Assembly (NCBI GenBank): GCA_000004985.1
Contig: GG738884.1
Length of the DNA stretch: 64,000 bases
Origin: Naegleria gruberi
Lineage: Eukaryota
Direction: 5' to 3' (one strand)
The translations under genes and the position numbers were made by a program. The notes under the pieces were generated by a model. That model saw only the letters and a list, made by a program, of their open reading frames with translations, did no database searches and was not told the DNA's origin. How positions within the stretch are numbered: the stretch's first letter is position 1; each line of letters starts with the position of its first letter. Positions 21,483 to 33,893 of this stretch are shown here, one piece after another.

Positions 21483-24416
21483 TTATTCTGTTTCTTGTTT
21501 GGATTCTACATTGTCAGATGACTTATTTTCAGCTGACTTCATGCACATATCTCCAACTCCTGTGGTGTCATAGGTGAATTCTGGCTCTGATAAGCTTCGT
21601 TGAGTAATGATGTCCTTTGTGCGCTTAACACCTTCCTCAATGGCTTTGATGAACTCGAGTGCGTAGGTATGAGTATCAGATTCCTGACCTAAACCCGTTG
21701 AGGTAATGATAAAGAAATGTTCACCCTCTTCATTCTTCATCTTTAAAGAAACCATATCTTTGTGAACAATTGGCTTTTCCTTACTATTATTAGCTGCAGC
21801 AACAGTTGTTGAAGCACTTTGGTTAGATGAAGCTAAAAGTGTCAACAGATCTGTTTCTTCTTCTTCATTATCAAAGTTATCTAATTCTGCCAAAGGAGAA
21901 GCGCTAGTTAACCTGCAATATTCAATACCAATAAATGGGAATTCATTCTTAATGGTTCTACCAGATACTTCAAGCATTGAATCTGCAGTTAATTTTATCA
22001 ATCTCTTAGCCTTCTTACTTGTTCCTTTGTAAAGAAGTGAATTAAACGATTGGTATGTTGTACAATATTGGGATCTGACAACAGTTTCAAATATTTCTTC
22101 TAAAACTGCTTCTCTTTCTTGTTCAGAATTAACAATATACCTTCTGAAACCAACTTCTGACTTTTTCTTCTTCTTACCATTCATTGGTGTTTCATCATCA
22201 GTATCATCATCATCCAAATTATCAGGGAAGTATGGTATTGGTTGATCAGTTTTTGGAGTGATTGGTCTAAATCTCATGTGAATTTCCAAATTGGAAGGAG
22301 GTGCCGATATTTCTTCAATTTCAGAAAGTAATCTCTCATTCTTAATAGCCTTACTCTTAGGGTCAATGTTCAATAGAGACATCATGGTAACCTTGAGCAA
22401 CCTTTCTTGATGCTTTCCTTTTGGATTAACCTTGATAATCTTGTAAGTTTTTGGAACATTAAATTTGGAAACTTCTGGAATCAGAATATCTTCCTCTCTT
22501 CTAAAACCATGAGCAAGTAATTTAGAATAATCTTCCATCATTACAATCTTTTTAGCATAATCCTTTTGCTTCTTTGGAGTGGATGCCATCTTTGTTTTAG
22601 CAAAATGTTTAATCAAAAATGATGGGAAGGTAATCATATTAGGAGCATGTAAAACTACAGTTTGATAAATTTGTTTTTGTTGAGCAAGTGTGAAAAGTCT
22701 TGAAAATTTGTGTAAAAGAGTAGCTAAAACTTTTTCCTGTTCTTCTGACATGCTGATGAAACTCATATCAAGAATAAGCATAAACTTTTTAGAATACTTT
22801 TCAATATCTGTTTTGACTGAAGGAGGTCTAATATTTTCTAATGAAGGTCTCAATACCTTAATAAAATGGAATAAAATTTCACCTAATCCATCTTGGAGGA
22901 AATCCAAATCTTTCAAACGAGTTCCAATCATGTAATACACAAGTAATTTTTCCTCGAATGTTGTTAATATATTATTACCTCTATAAAAGAAGAATTTGCT
23001 TTCAATAGCTGATCCATCAATTTTTGTTGTGTGTTTCCAAACTTGTAAGCAAATTTTAGAGAAAATCTTTTCAATTTGAAGCGTAACATTATCCAATACG
23101 GTATCCTCATCATCATTTTGTGGTGTTGGAGAAGGTGTCATAATTGGCATTGATGAAATTGGCTCGCCTAGTTTTTCTGTAATATCTACAACTTCAAGAC
23201 ATCCGTTCATTACTTTACAGATTGGCTTGATTTCCTTTGTTATACCTTCCTCTAAGAAGAATTCAACAACTTGTGGTGAATATTCAAAGAAGAGTTTGTA
23301 CAACTTATCCAAATCTCTCTTTTCAAACTTGGACATATCAAGAGCTTTTGGATCGACTGTAGTATTCAATTCGCTCTTTCTTTCAAAAGGTAAGTTTCCT
23401 GATTCGTCTTTTGTATACAGTTCTGAACTCTCATCAACTTTCTCCGAGTAATCAATAATAGACATTAAATATTCTCTCATGATATCTTTCTTTTGTGTTA
23501 AAAAATCATTCATACAAATCATAAATCTTTCCTTGTTTCCAAACAAGACATTATTGGCCAAGTTTTGAATAACTTTTGTAATTAAAATAAAGTTTCTTTG
23601 TGAAACTTTTGTCTTTTTCTTTGTTGTTAAATTCATAGCATCAGGAGTAGCAATGGCAGGATTGAAAAAACGTAACATGATATAACCACCAATTAAAACA
23701 GGTGTATCCAATTGTAAAGAATCACTAACTTGTCCAATAAAACGAGCAATAAGCCTCAATTCTTTTGGCATCTTATCTATTACATCTGCAGACATCATTC
23801 TATCAAGAAACTTTGCACTCCATTCAGTTAGCCTTTCTATATTTTGTTGAAGTTTCTTCTCTGGGTCCTTTTCCTCTTCAAGAGCCTTCGGATCAATTTC
23901 TAAACTTTTAGCATCTACTATAAGATCATCACAAAGTGTTCCTATTGTATTCTTTAAATATTGGTAGCCTACATCACGAACATAAAGGCCAAGCGCTTTG
24001 CTGTTGTTATTGTTGATGAAATTTAATATTTTCAAAGCCTATTATTGTTTTTACATACCTGGCCAATGAGTTACTTCTGAAAATTGTTGTTGGCATATGT
24101 TGATATTTGCTAATTTCAAAATAGATAAGTTCCTTGATGAGTTGTTGACTTCTATTGGTAGCATTGGCAATATCAAGAAGTATTTTGGCTATAGTAATAT
24201 TGAATATGTAATATAATATTATAACAATTGATGAACATTTCATATAATGTTATTAGTTGGGTCAAAATAGGATGGATGTATTAAAAACAAACCTAAAAAG
24301 TCAATATCTGATGATGAAGAAACCTCTGACAAAGCTCTAGCATAAGAGGCACTTGATATCAGAGAAGCAATAAAATCCCTATATCGTTCAACAGAAGCAT
24401 CGGTAGTAGAAGACAT
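21483..24416 (-). CDS. Ras GTPase-activating protein (RasGAP domain). Exons 24416..24293, 24188..24059 and 24000..21483.
   Basis: Spliced N-terminus ...TTIFRSNSLA|SKALGLYVRDVGYQYLKNTIG... and the FLR...P arginine-finger region GGYIMLRFFNPAIATPDAMNL match the RasGAP catalytic domain. Introns are GTTTGT..TATAG (104 nt) and GTATGT..ACAG (58 nt). Confidence 0.75.
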
Positions 24417-25306
24417 GATGAAATAACAGTTAGGAGAAGAGAATGATGAATAATAGAAGATGATTTCCTCACTGAAAGATCCTATCACTGATCAATAAAC
24501 AAGAACCGATTAATTGTTTTCAAAAGAAACAAATTTGCTCAAAAGAGACGACTGTTGAAGTTGTTGTTTGGTTGGAGGGAAAATTATTGTATTTTTTTCA
24601 CTTGGGGAAAGTACAGCTGATTTGAACAAGTGAAAAGTGAGAGCATCGTAAAGAACAACTCTAAAGATAAGATGAGAGTCCAAATAAAAAACATTCGATT
24701 GTCCTTAATGCCCCTCCAAAGTAAGATAACTTGAAGATCAAGTTGTTCTTGTAAATGAGCACAATGTTGATGATAATGATAAGAAGTTTATTATATTTGA
24801 AACTTGGGAATTGCCTAGTGAGTAATCATCAAAAATTATAAGAGGTTTGACAATGACAGCCCAAGTTGTGTTACTCCTTCCATTTTCAGAGATGAAATTT
24901 GCATCCTCACGTTTATTCTTTCATTTTCAGATAGATTTAATGTATTTGAGGTCTTTATATTATCAATTCTTTCAACAACAGAACCTTTCACACATTGGTT
25001 GAAAGAAGAACACAGTAAACAAAGTTCTGTATAGGATTTATTTCCCGATTTACAAGCTTCATCAATATACTATTTGCATTAAGGAAATCAAACCTGATAA
25101 GATCTACATGATATTTTCACTATCTTCTCATCAATGATTGAATCGAATTTGATTTATTACATAAAATGTTGTGATAGAATGGTGACAGAGTATTTATATT
25201 GGTCAAGTGTTCAAATCCCATCCAATGATCGATAACAACAATAAAAAACCAGTCAAAATCAATTTTATTAATCGCACAGTTAATTAAAAAATTGCTTCAA
25301 CAAAAA

Positions 25307-26869
25307 ATGAACAGAATTACTTCATCAGCCGCTCATAACACATCCGTCATCACAAAATTCTTGAGAAAGGCTAAAAAGAATCAGTACATCTTCTTCTTTC
25401 CTTCACCCTATACCACCAACAGATCCTTCCACACACAAAATAAATTATTCGATGGTCCTAAAGGATTTTCTGACTTGTTCAAAGAACATTTAAAGAGAAA
25501 TATCCAAAACAATGAATCTGTGCAAAAAGCTATTTTAAATTATCAAGAAAGTTTACTCGGTAAAGGTGTTGAAAAATTAAAACCAGCTTTAGAGAAAAGT
25601 AGAGAATCAATTAACAAGACATCATCAGCTATTGATGAAACAACAGAAAAAATCCTTCAGTCAGAAACAATGTCTAAAGTCGGAAAGGCTGTAGACTCTG
25701 CCTATGATGTTCTGAATCAAAAAGTTGGTCTTAAATATATTACTGAGGTTGCAAGCAACAGAATTTCCGAATTGAAGAGAGCTCCAGTTTTCTTCTTTAG
25801 AACTAAATATGCAAGAGAATTGGATTTGTCTCAAGGTTTTGTTTATAACCCATTCACTCGTTCCTTGGTAAATATTACAGAAATTATTAGTCAAGAGGAA
25901 TTGGAAACAATGGTGCAAGAAATTAAAGAAAAGAACGAGTTAAGATCAACAAGTGAACCAGAAGAAGGTACAAGTGAAGAATTTGTGGAACATGAACGTC
26001 AAGAACAAGAAAGAGAAGAGCTTATTAAACTTTTGACAGCAAGAATGCAAGAACAACGAATTCAAGAAAGTGAAGCTGGAAAACCAAAAGTCAACCCAAC
26101 AGATGCTGAAACAATCAAACTTACACGTGAAAATTCACCTGTTATTTCAACATTAATTGAACCATATTATATTAATTCAGGATTTGTTAAGAAAACACAA
26201 GCTCTCTTACAAGATATTCTGTTCAAGCAAACTGGTAAAAATCCAAGTTTGTTATTTAGAGTACCAGGAATACTTAATGCTTTGAGCGAAACAATCTCAT
26301 TTATTGATGCAAGAACTGCTCAAGAAAAAGTTAAGAAGTCTAAGGAAGAGGATATTCCTGATACCGAAGCTGATATTTCATCTACATCAGAAAATGCTTT
26401 GGCTATGGGTGCATTCAAGAAACGTGATCCTAGATTTGATTTGGATTTGTTGTTAGTCACAATGGAAACTTTAATTATTCCAGAAATTATGTCTGCCTAT
26501 TTTAATGATGATGCACACACCATCAAGAAATTTGTTTCCGAATCATGTTATCGTCAAGTTTTCTTCCCTAGAATTCAAGAAAGAGTTCACACAAAGATTA
26601 AATATGATGCCAAGATTTTGCACGTTGAAGATGTAATGCTCTACACAACTAGATATGATGCTGGTAATCCAGCCCTTGTTATCAGCTGCGCTGTTCAATA
26701 CATTCACTGTATGAAAAATGAAGCTGGAGAAATTGTTGAAGGAGGTCCAAAGGATATCAGAAAGGAAAACCAAATGTGGATTTTGAAACAAGATGAATCA
26801 CAAGAAACAGATGACTGGTATGTCAGTGAGGTCTCAATGTTAAACGCTGATGCTGTCAAGATCGTTTAA
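25307..26869 (+). CDS. TIM44: Mitochondrial inner-membrane translocase subunit TIM44
   Basis: Presequence-like N-terminus. The C-terminal Tim44 domain (FDLDLLLVTMETLIIPEIMSAYFNDD...YDAGNPALVISCAVQYIHCMKN...WYVSEVSML) is typical of Tim44. Confidence 0.8.
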   Translation: MNRITSSAAHNTSVITKFLRKAKKNQYIFFFPSPYTTNRSFHTQNKLFDGPKGFSDLFKEHLKRNIQNNESVQKAILNYQESLLGKGVEKLKPALEKSRESINKTSSAIDETTEKILQSETMSKVGKAVDSAYDVLNQKVGLKYITEVASNRISELKRAPVFFFRTKYARELDLSQGFVYNPFTRSLVNITEIISQEELETMVQEIKEKNELRSTSEPEEGTSEEFVEHERQEQEREELIKLLTARMQEQRIQESEAGKPKVNPTDAETIKLTRENSPVISTLIEPYYINSGFVKKTQALLQDILFKQTGKNPSLLFRVPGILNALSETISFIDARTAQEKVKKSKEEDIPDTEADISSTSENALAMGAFKKRDPRFDLDLLLVTMETLIIPEIMSAYFNDDAHTIKKFVSESCYRQVFFPRIQERVHTKIKYDAKILHVEDVMLYTTRYDAGNPALVISCAVQYIHCMKNEAGEIVEGGPKDIRKENQMWILKQDESQETDDWYVSEVSMLNADAVKIV

Positions 26870-26946
26870 ATTAAATTAAAATAAAAATTAAAAAATCGTT
26901 ATCAAAAATTTGGCGCCCAAATTTCTTCAAAACAAATTTAAAAAAA

Positions 26947-28650
26947 ATGGTTCAAACACTCAAATCAAAAAAGCACAAGTCTACACTCTTTCAAAAATCA
27001 TCTAGAGGAACCCACATCACACTAGGATCATCAAGTGATGCCTCTAATAGACACAATTGGAAAAGCATGTATCACTTACCTCCGATGGGAGAAATTACAT
27101 TGGAACAATTTGAAGAATATTCTTTCCAAAGATTGAAGTTGTTGAGAATGATTGATACTTGGAAGGCTAGAAATATCTCCGGAAAAGCTTTACAGGATAA
27201 TATAATAGAGGAATCAAACAAAGTTTTTGATTTGAGAATGCCACATGATTTAGACAACTGTGAGCCAGATTGGATATCTCATCATGTCTTGAGATTGGCC
27301 TTTGCTAGAAGGTAAGTATTTCTACAATACTACATTGTACTAGTGGTAATTATTAGTGAAAATTTGAGACAATGGTTCCTGACAAATGAATGTGCTCTAT
27401 TCGAAAGTAGATTGATGAGTGATACTCAAGATGCTCACATTGAAATTTTACAAAGAAATGGTATCAATGCAGAACGTGTTTCTGTGGAAGAAAAGAGAAA
27501 ATATGAAGGTGCTCTTCAAAAAATGTTTACTAAATTATACTTCCATTTACAATATCAACAACAAAAGAATGAAAAACCACAACAAACAGATTCTGATGCA
27601 CCTGTTTTAATTTCACACAACAAGTCCAACTTTTCAGATATGAGATTTAATGTGGAGGATACTTTAGTTTTCAAAGTTGATTTTGTTTCTGTTTTACAAC
27701 TTGTTTCGAGCAGAAGTGTGTTCATTCAAAACGGAAAAGCTTATTTATTTGCACATGATTTGACCTCTTTAATCAAGCAACATTTTAGAGCTAGTTTAGT
27801 TCTTGGGCTCTCTAAAATTCAAGCAGTATATCCAGAATATCTCAATGAAGAAGAAAAGGATAGACTTTTACCATTCTTGAAAGATGTTATTCCAGCTGCT
27901 AGTGAAGGCAAATCATTGTACTCTAATACTCAATCATTCATGAATACAGGAGAAGTTAAGGCTGAACAAATTGAATCACTAAGCAAGCAAAGCTTCCCTC
28001 TCTGTATGAGAGTTCTCCACAAGGAATTGAAAGAAAAACATCACTTGAAGCACTATGGAAGAATGCAATACGGATTGTTCTTGAAGGGAATTGGTCTTAA
28101 ACTAGAGGATGCATTACAATTTTGGAGAGAAAACTTTACAGCTAGTGGAATGACAACAGAATCATTTGACAAACAATATGCTTACAATATTAGACACAAC
28201 TATGGTAAGGAAGGTAAAAAGACAAACTATACACCATATGGCTGTTCTAAAATTATCAATAATCCAGAATATGTTTGTCCTTTCAAGGTATTCAAACCTG
28301 AAGAATTGAGACATGAAATGAGGTCCTATGGTGGAGGTGCAACCTTTAACGAAGATGAACTCCAAGAAGTTATTGAGTATGCTCAAAATCATCAATACCA
28401 AATTGCTTGTAGAAGATTTTTCGAAGTGAGTCATGGCATTTCCAAGAAGGCCAACAATATTCAACTCATTGATAAGGAAGACGATGGTTCCTCATTCCCT
28501 CATCCAAACACATATTTCTCTCGATCAATCAAGTATCTCAAATCAAAGAATGCCGGGGACTCTGAGCAATCTTCTTCGAATACACAAGCCCCAATAACAC
28601 AACAGGATACTCCTGTGGATCAAGAAGATGAAATGCAAGACGAAGAATAA
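26947..28650 (+). CDS. PRIM2: DNA primase large subunit (PRIM2/PriL). Exons 26947..27311 and 27357..28650.
   Basis: ...HHVLRLAFAR|SENLRQWF... and ...KQSFPLCMRVLHKELKEKHHLKHYGRMQYGLFLKGIGLKLEDALQFW...YAYNIRHNYGKEGKKTNYTPYGCSKII... are near-identical in order to human PRIM2, including the Fe-S domain. The intron GTAAGT..TATTAG is 45 nt. Confidence 0.9.
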
Positions 28651-28676
28651 GTTGCAACTGCTGTATATACTAATAT

Positions 28677-29669
28677 TTAATGTAATTCATTGTTAATATC
28701 GAAATATGGAAGTAATTGATCCCTATCTTCAGATTTGACTTTTGACTTAATAAACAAAATACCATCACTAAGTATCTTTTTTGCTTCTGAAACAAATGAA
28801 TAGGTTGTAATTGGATACTTGGCTAATTCTTTAAGGAATAGAGCTGTCTTTTCCATCAAATCCAACCTAGAAATATCATTAATGACTTTAAGAACAAAGT
28901 TCTTCAAGCTATCGTCTTGTCTTGTCCAGCAATATTCGATTTCTTCTCCTATTACTGAAATTCCATGATCTGCAATCATTACGTTTAAAAGTGAAAACAT
29001 AAATTTGCTTAATACTTGTTCATCTTGCTCGGTATGCATTATTTTTGTAATCTTTCCTATAATATGTCTATCATTGAATTGTTTCAACGTGTTTGGTTGA
29101 TTAGAACTGAGTGCAGCTAGAGAAGAACCAACTTTCTTTAAAATTGCCTTTCCTTTAGAACTTGGATTATCCAAAATATCTGCCAAATAATTAAAGAATT
29201 TAACTTGATAGAGGTCATCAGTTTGAATGGCTGGATTATTATGAAGGCAGGTGCAAAGTATTTGAAGAGAAGCCAACTTAATTTCAATTTCATCAGCTCT
29301 TTCATCTTGACTCTCCGAAGAAAGGAAATGGTCAAAGATATATTCAGTTCCTTTCATTTTGTGGAAATCAGTAGCAAAGTCAATTTTTCCAACAATTTCA
29401 TCAATTTGATCCATAGCATCTAGAGTATCATCAACTGATGAAGATTCATCTCTAATAACAGCCAATGCCTTTTTAATGACAGTATATGGATCACTTCCTT
29501 TCATTTGAGAAGCAATATATTCCAAAATTTCCCTTTTTTCTGGTGTTAATTCTTGTGGATTTCCTGTTGAATCTGCTGCTTGTCTTCTCAACTCTTCGGA
29601 AGATGAATTGGCAACAGCCCAATTAAATAATTCTTTTAAAGGATCACCTCCTCCTCCTTGTGGATTCAT
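28677..29669 (-). CDS. Hsp70 nucleotide-exchange factor of the Fes1/HspBP1 family (armadillo repeats)
   Basis: N-terminal LKELFNWAVANSS resembles the Fes1 N-motif (LLHWSIANS). The remainder is ARM-like. Confidence 0.6.
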   Translation of the reverse strand: MNPQGGGGDPLKELFNWAVANSSSEELRRQAADSTGNPQELTPEKREILEYIASQMKGSDPYTVIKKALAVIRDESSSVDDTLDAMDQIDEIVGKIDFATDFHKMKGTEYIFDHFLSSESQDERADEIEIKLASLQILCTCLHNNPAIQTDDLYQVKFFNYLADILDNPSSKGKAILKKVGSSLAALSSNQPNTLKQFNDRHIIGKITKIMHTEQDEQVLSKFMFSLLNVMIADHGISVIGEEIEYCWTRQDDSLKNFVLKVINDISRLDLMEKTALFLKELAKYPITTYSFVSEAKKILSDGILFIKSKVKSEDRDQLLPYFDINNELH

Positions 29670-30092
29670 ATTTCTTGTTGATGTATTTTTTTCTAATTGA
29701 ATTTTCTCGGCTGAGTTACGTTTGGTATTTACCTTTGTGTTTTCTCCACCTAATAATAAATTTCCTTACCATTCCGAAACAATTCCGTATTTGTTCCGTC
29801 CTTTTTTAATAGCATAACTTGTTATTAAAGAATAGATTCTGATTTAAAATTGATTTAATTAAGCTAAATAAAAGTTAATTAATAATAAAATTAAATTTCT
29901 GATTATTAGAATTATTTCAGGGTCAACTTCAATAAAGAAGTATATATCTCATATTTATTATTTAGACAGTGTACTAATATTTAACTGAATTACTTGAAAT
30001 GTTCAAGATCGAACTCGTACAATAACAAATTACAATACGGTCGTTATTTTTTTATTTTTCATCTTAAAAAAAATTAAGCAAACTGTTTCATC

Positions 30093-32284
30093 ATGGAAAA
30101 ATTAAGGGAGATTTTGAATAATTATCCAGACTCTACAGAGGTATCACTTGAGAAGTGTAATTTAACTACCTTGGATGATGTATTGGATTATTTGGGAAAA
30201 TTAGGAAATCTTAAAGTTTTAAGGCTTGGTAATAACTTCCTCTCAAAGCTTCCTTCAGATATGAGCAACATGAAAAAGCTCGAATATTTAGATGTTAGTA
30301 ACAATCCTTTTGGGGATTTGGAAGATATAATGTCAGGCTTGGTTTCTCTCCCTTCCCTAAAACATCTCTACATTTCATTGAACGAAGATGATGAAGATAA
30401 TTTGATTATTAGTATGGCTAATTTGCAATCGTTCAATGGTACACCATTAACAGATATTCCTGATAATGATCCAGCTTTATACAATGAAGAAGATGCTCCT
30501 GGTGAAACTTTTACTTCAAATCCACCTCAAGACTCCTATGCTAACACTGAACAAAACGAAAAAGTTGAATTCAATGAAACAGACCTTGAAAGTAAGTTGT
30601 TTTATCATTTTCCTTAAGGTTGATATTATTAATTAAGGTTCAAGAAAGGTTTACGAAGCATCCTGCTTATTCTTAGGACAAAAGCCTCAATTTTCAAACT
30701 TTGCTGCAGATACTATTGCACATTTAAAGAATAATTTAACAGAGGAAACTGATCACGTTAAGGCAACAATTACCATTTCAAATGCTAATAAGACATTGTA
30801 CGATAGAAGCTTTGAGGATATTATTGGTGTTATTGCAAAATCCGATAAGAAATTATCAAGTGTTTTGGCTATTGTCAAGAGCTCTTACTCTGGCCTCCTA
30901 GATGATTGTTTCACTTTGATGGATAATACTGTTCTTGAATATAATAAGAGAGTTAGATCTTTGCAGAAAGATTTAGATGCAGCAGATGTTGAAATAGGAC
31001 AACTTCTTGAAGCTGCTGAAGCACTTCAACAATCAGCTTCCGACAGTGAAAGTACTAAGAGAAAAGTATTGCTCAGCTGGGAGAAGGAAAGAGAAAGTTT
31101 GTGTGAAGAAATAGGATTCTTAAAGACTGAATTAGAAAGTAAGTTTCATAATTTTCATTCAATATTAACAAATTTTAGAATACAAGAACAGACTTACACA
31201 ATTCCAACTTAATAGACAAAAGATTTCCACACAAATCAATACTTCACCATCCAAACTACTTAAAACACCACAATCACCTTCTACAGGTAATTCACAACTG
31301 AGCAGTAGTACTTTTAAGCTGTCTCAAATTACTGTTAATGTGAATACTAAATCCCTAACTTTGCGTCAATTAAAGGATTTGATCGAAGAAATTTACGCAT
31401 CTAAGCAAAAGTTTGATGAAAAGTGTGCAGAGAGCAGACTTCCCAGAGAAACAATGGAACAACATTTATATACATACCTCAATCAAAAGTATGGTCTTAA
31501 GAATATAATTTTGGATTATGCTTCATCAATTGTCCAAGGTATTAAGAGGTACTCTACTGAAGATAACGATGTTGCTGTATTTGGAAAAATTTTAAGAAAT
31601 GAAATCGATGAAGAATTTAGATTTGTTCAAAAACAATTAAAGGATACTGTAGCTGAATTATTAAAGGTTTTCCTTAGAGGAAAATATACTAAGAAGATGG
31701 ATTCTGAAATTCAAGCAATGCTTCAACAAAGAATGTCTGGAGACATCCTTGAGGAAGAATGGGTTGATATTGTTAAATACATGTACAATAAGGAAGATTC
31801 TGTGAATGTAATTATGAAGGTAACTGAAGCTATTCAAGCCATCCAAAACAAGCTCAACAGAGGAAACAGTAGACAAATTGGGTCAACATCTCCAACTAAA
31901 AGTATTCCAAACAATCAAAATAAGGTTCCATTCAAGATTTTCCTCAAAGTCTTGTTGACATATCAATTGAAAGGTCACGAGCAATTCTTGTACAAGTTTG
32001 TCAAGTTGTTCAGAAAAGTTGATGGAGACAAGAATGGTATCTTGAGTGAAATTGAATTCAAACATTTACTTCACCTTATTAATCCAAATAGATCGGAAAG
32101 TGATTATGCTCAATGGTTGAACTATGTAGATCCTTACAATAATCAACATATAACATTTACTGAATGTGTTACTTTCCTTTCTTCAGAACTCTTAAAGTTA
32201 ATGGGTGAAAAGTCTCAAAATGATTCTGTTGATGAGGAAAATGCGGATGAGGAATTTGAATATGAAAATAATGCTGAAATGTAA
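30093..32284 (+). CDS. Leucine-rich-repeat / coiled-coil / EF-hand protein. Exons 30093..30591, 30638..31138 and 31179..32284. Possibly flagellar or centrosomal.
   Basis: N-terminal LRRs with an LRRcap-like end (LQSFNGTPL), a central coiled coil, and a C-terminal EF-hand loop DGDKNGILSEIEF. Two GTAAGT..AG introns of 46 and 40 nt are both phase 1. Confidence 0.65.
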
Positions 32285-32289
32285 AATAA

Positions 32290-32640
32290 TAAATGGTTTA
32301 CTCTTTCTTATCTTTCTTTCTCTTTTCCTTCTTTTCCTTCTTCTTTTCCTCTGCTTCCTTCTCTTTCTTTTCTTCCTTTTCCTTCTTCTTTTTCTCCTTC
32401 TTTTCCTTCTTTCTCTTTTTCTTCTCCGATTCAGAATCACTGTGATCTGATTCCTCTTCCTTCTTTCTCTTCTTTTCTTCCTTTCCTAACTTTTGTGAAA
32501 AATAGTCATCACTACTGATCTTACTAACTTTGGAATGTGGATCTGGTGTTTCTTCCTTTTCTTCCTTTTCTTCTTTCTTTTCTTTCTTTTCTTCTGTCTC
32601 TTGGTTTGGATTTTTACCTAAAATTGCAGCCAAATCTTCT
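32290..32640. repeat. Strand-asymmetric CT-rich (plus strand) low-complexity DNA encoding the poly-Lys/Glu tail of PinX1
   Basis: Runs of ttcctt, ttctct and cttctt. It generates artefactual ORFs on both strands (32198..32440 minus, 32205..32450 plus). Confidence 0.7.
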
Positions 32641-33074
32641 TGTGAGTAGTGGCTTGTCATCTTCGATCTAGCTCTTCTATGATGGTGAATTCTATTTGTT
32701 TTGGTCTTTGTGACTACTTGTTGTTTTTCATCATCCGATGATGAACTACTTGAGTCCGATGATGATTTATCTGTATTTGTTGTTTTAAGTCTATTCAAAA
32801 TATCCGAGAATGATGATGTTTTTTGACAGACAGTTCTTTCTTTCTTTGCTTCTTCTGTTGCTCCAATACCTGCAGTATCTGTTTTAACTGATACTTTTAC
32901 ATGTTCCGTTATACCATCCTTTCTCTTTCCCAAACCATCACCTTCCTTCCAACCCATCTTTTCTAATAATTTGAATCCGAGTCTTGATTTATCTTCTGCC
33001 CATCTCTTATTGTTTGGGTCATCTTTAAACATGAATTTAGCACTCTTGTACTTTGGCATTTTTTTTATCTTCAA
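32298..33074 (-). CDS. PINX1: PinX1-like G-patch protein with a poly-Lys/Glu C-terminal tail
   Basis: N-terminus KRWAEDKSRLGFKLLEKMGWKEGDGLGKRKDGITEHVKVSVKTDTAGIGA matches the PinX1 G-patch (KFGQRMLEKMGWSKGKGLG...HIKVQVKNNHLGLGA). Confidence 0.75.
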   Translation of the reverse strand: MKIKKMPKYKSAKFMFKDDPNNKRWAEDKSRLGFKLLEKMGWKEGDGLGKRKDGITEHVKVSVKTDTAGIGATEEAKKERTVCQKTSSFSDILNRLKTTNTDKSSSDSSSSSSDDEKQQVVTKTKTNRIHHHRRARSKMTSHYSQEDLAAILGKNPNQETEEKKEKKEEKEEKEETPDPHSKVSKISSDDYFSQKLGKEEKKRKKEEESDHSDSESEKKKRKKEKKEKKKKEKEEKKEKEAEEKKKEKKEKRKKDKKE

Positions 33075-33239
33075 TTATTTGAGGTTAACATTCAAATATT
33101 TATTTGATCGTGATGATTTTCAATTTCATCACGACATTATCATTTAAATATATTACACAGTTAAAGCTCTATCCATGTTTCTGAACTGTTATTGGAATGT
33201 GTTGAAGAAAGTCACAACAATAAATAATATTAATTAAAA

Positions 33240-33887
33240 TTAATCGGAGGTTTTTAATGCAAGACTTGGAATAAATACATTTTCAACAAGTGGAGATTCA
33301 TCATCATCGTCCTCATCCTCATGATCTTTCAAGTATTTGGTAGAGTGTAAATTTTCATCATGAATATAATTTCCTAAACATGCATTTTGTAAAAATTCTA
33401 ATAAATTATCACAGACTGCAGTTGGAGGTCTTACATCACCTAAAGTTTCATCAACTTCAATTAAATAAATTGATTCCATCTTTGTTAAATTCCATGCATA
33501 ATAGAGTGTTTCTTGAATTCCATCCTTGGCAAAAATTACAAAATTCTTAAATGTAGATTCATAATGTTGTTCCAGAATTGTTTCTGCTGAATTTTCTCTT
33601 TCTTCATCGTTAATCATTCTTAAGAAAATATTTTGAATTCTCTTTGTTTGGAATTTAATATCGAATTGATAATATGTTGATGATGGATAAATACCATACA
33701 AGTGTACTCTTCCTAGTTTTCCACTTCCATATTTTGATAGGAATTGTACATAATCTTTGATGATTTGATTATCTGATGGTATATTTACACTTTTGAATTC
33801 ATTGATCATCTCCTCTTCAGATGGTTTTGGGATCGGAGAAAGAGAAGGAATGTTTCTCAATCTAATCTCCACGTTGAGTGTTTCCAT
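33240..33887 (-). CDS. Hypothetical acidic protein, 215 aa
   Basis: Intron-free ORF between PinX1 and the CEP164-like gene. No family recognised. Confidence 0.4.
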   Translation of the reverse strand: METLNVEIRLRNIPSLSPIPKPSEEEMINEFKSVNIPSDNQIIKDYVQFLSKYGSGKLGRVHLYGIYPSSTYYQFDIKFQTKRIQNIFLRMINDEERENSAETILEQHYESTFKNFVIFAKDGIQETLYYAWNLTKMESIYLIEVDETLGDVRPPTAVCDNLLEFLQNACLGNYIHDENLHSTKYLKDHEDEDDDDESPLVENVFIPSLALKTSD

Positions 33888-33893
33888 TTTTTT

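Noticed and set aside
25200-25260. GTTCAAATCC T-loop-like motif, a possible tRNA
   Set aside because: No complementary T-stem, acceptor stem or anticodon arm can be formed around it. A similar check of ..GAGTTCGATC.. near 30010 also fails.
32198-32450. Overlapping ORFs on both strands encoding poly-Arg/Lys and poly-Leu/Phe peptides
   Set aside because: These are an artefact of CT/AG-rich low-complexity DNA at the PinX1 3' end. The real reading frame is the minus-strand K/E tail of PinX1.
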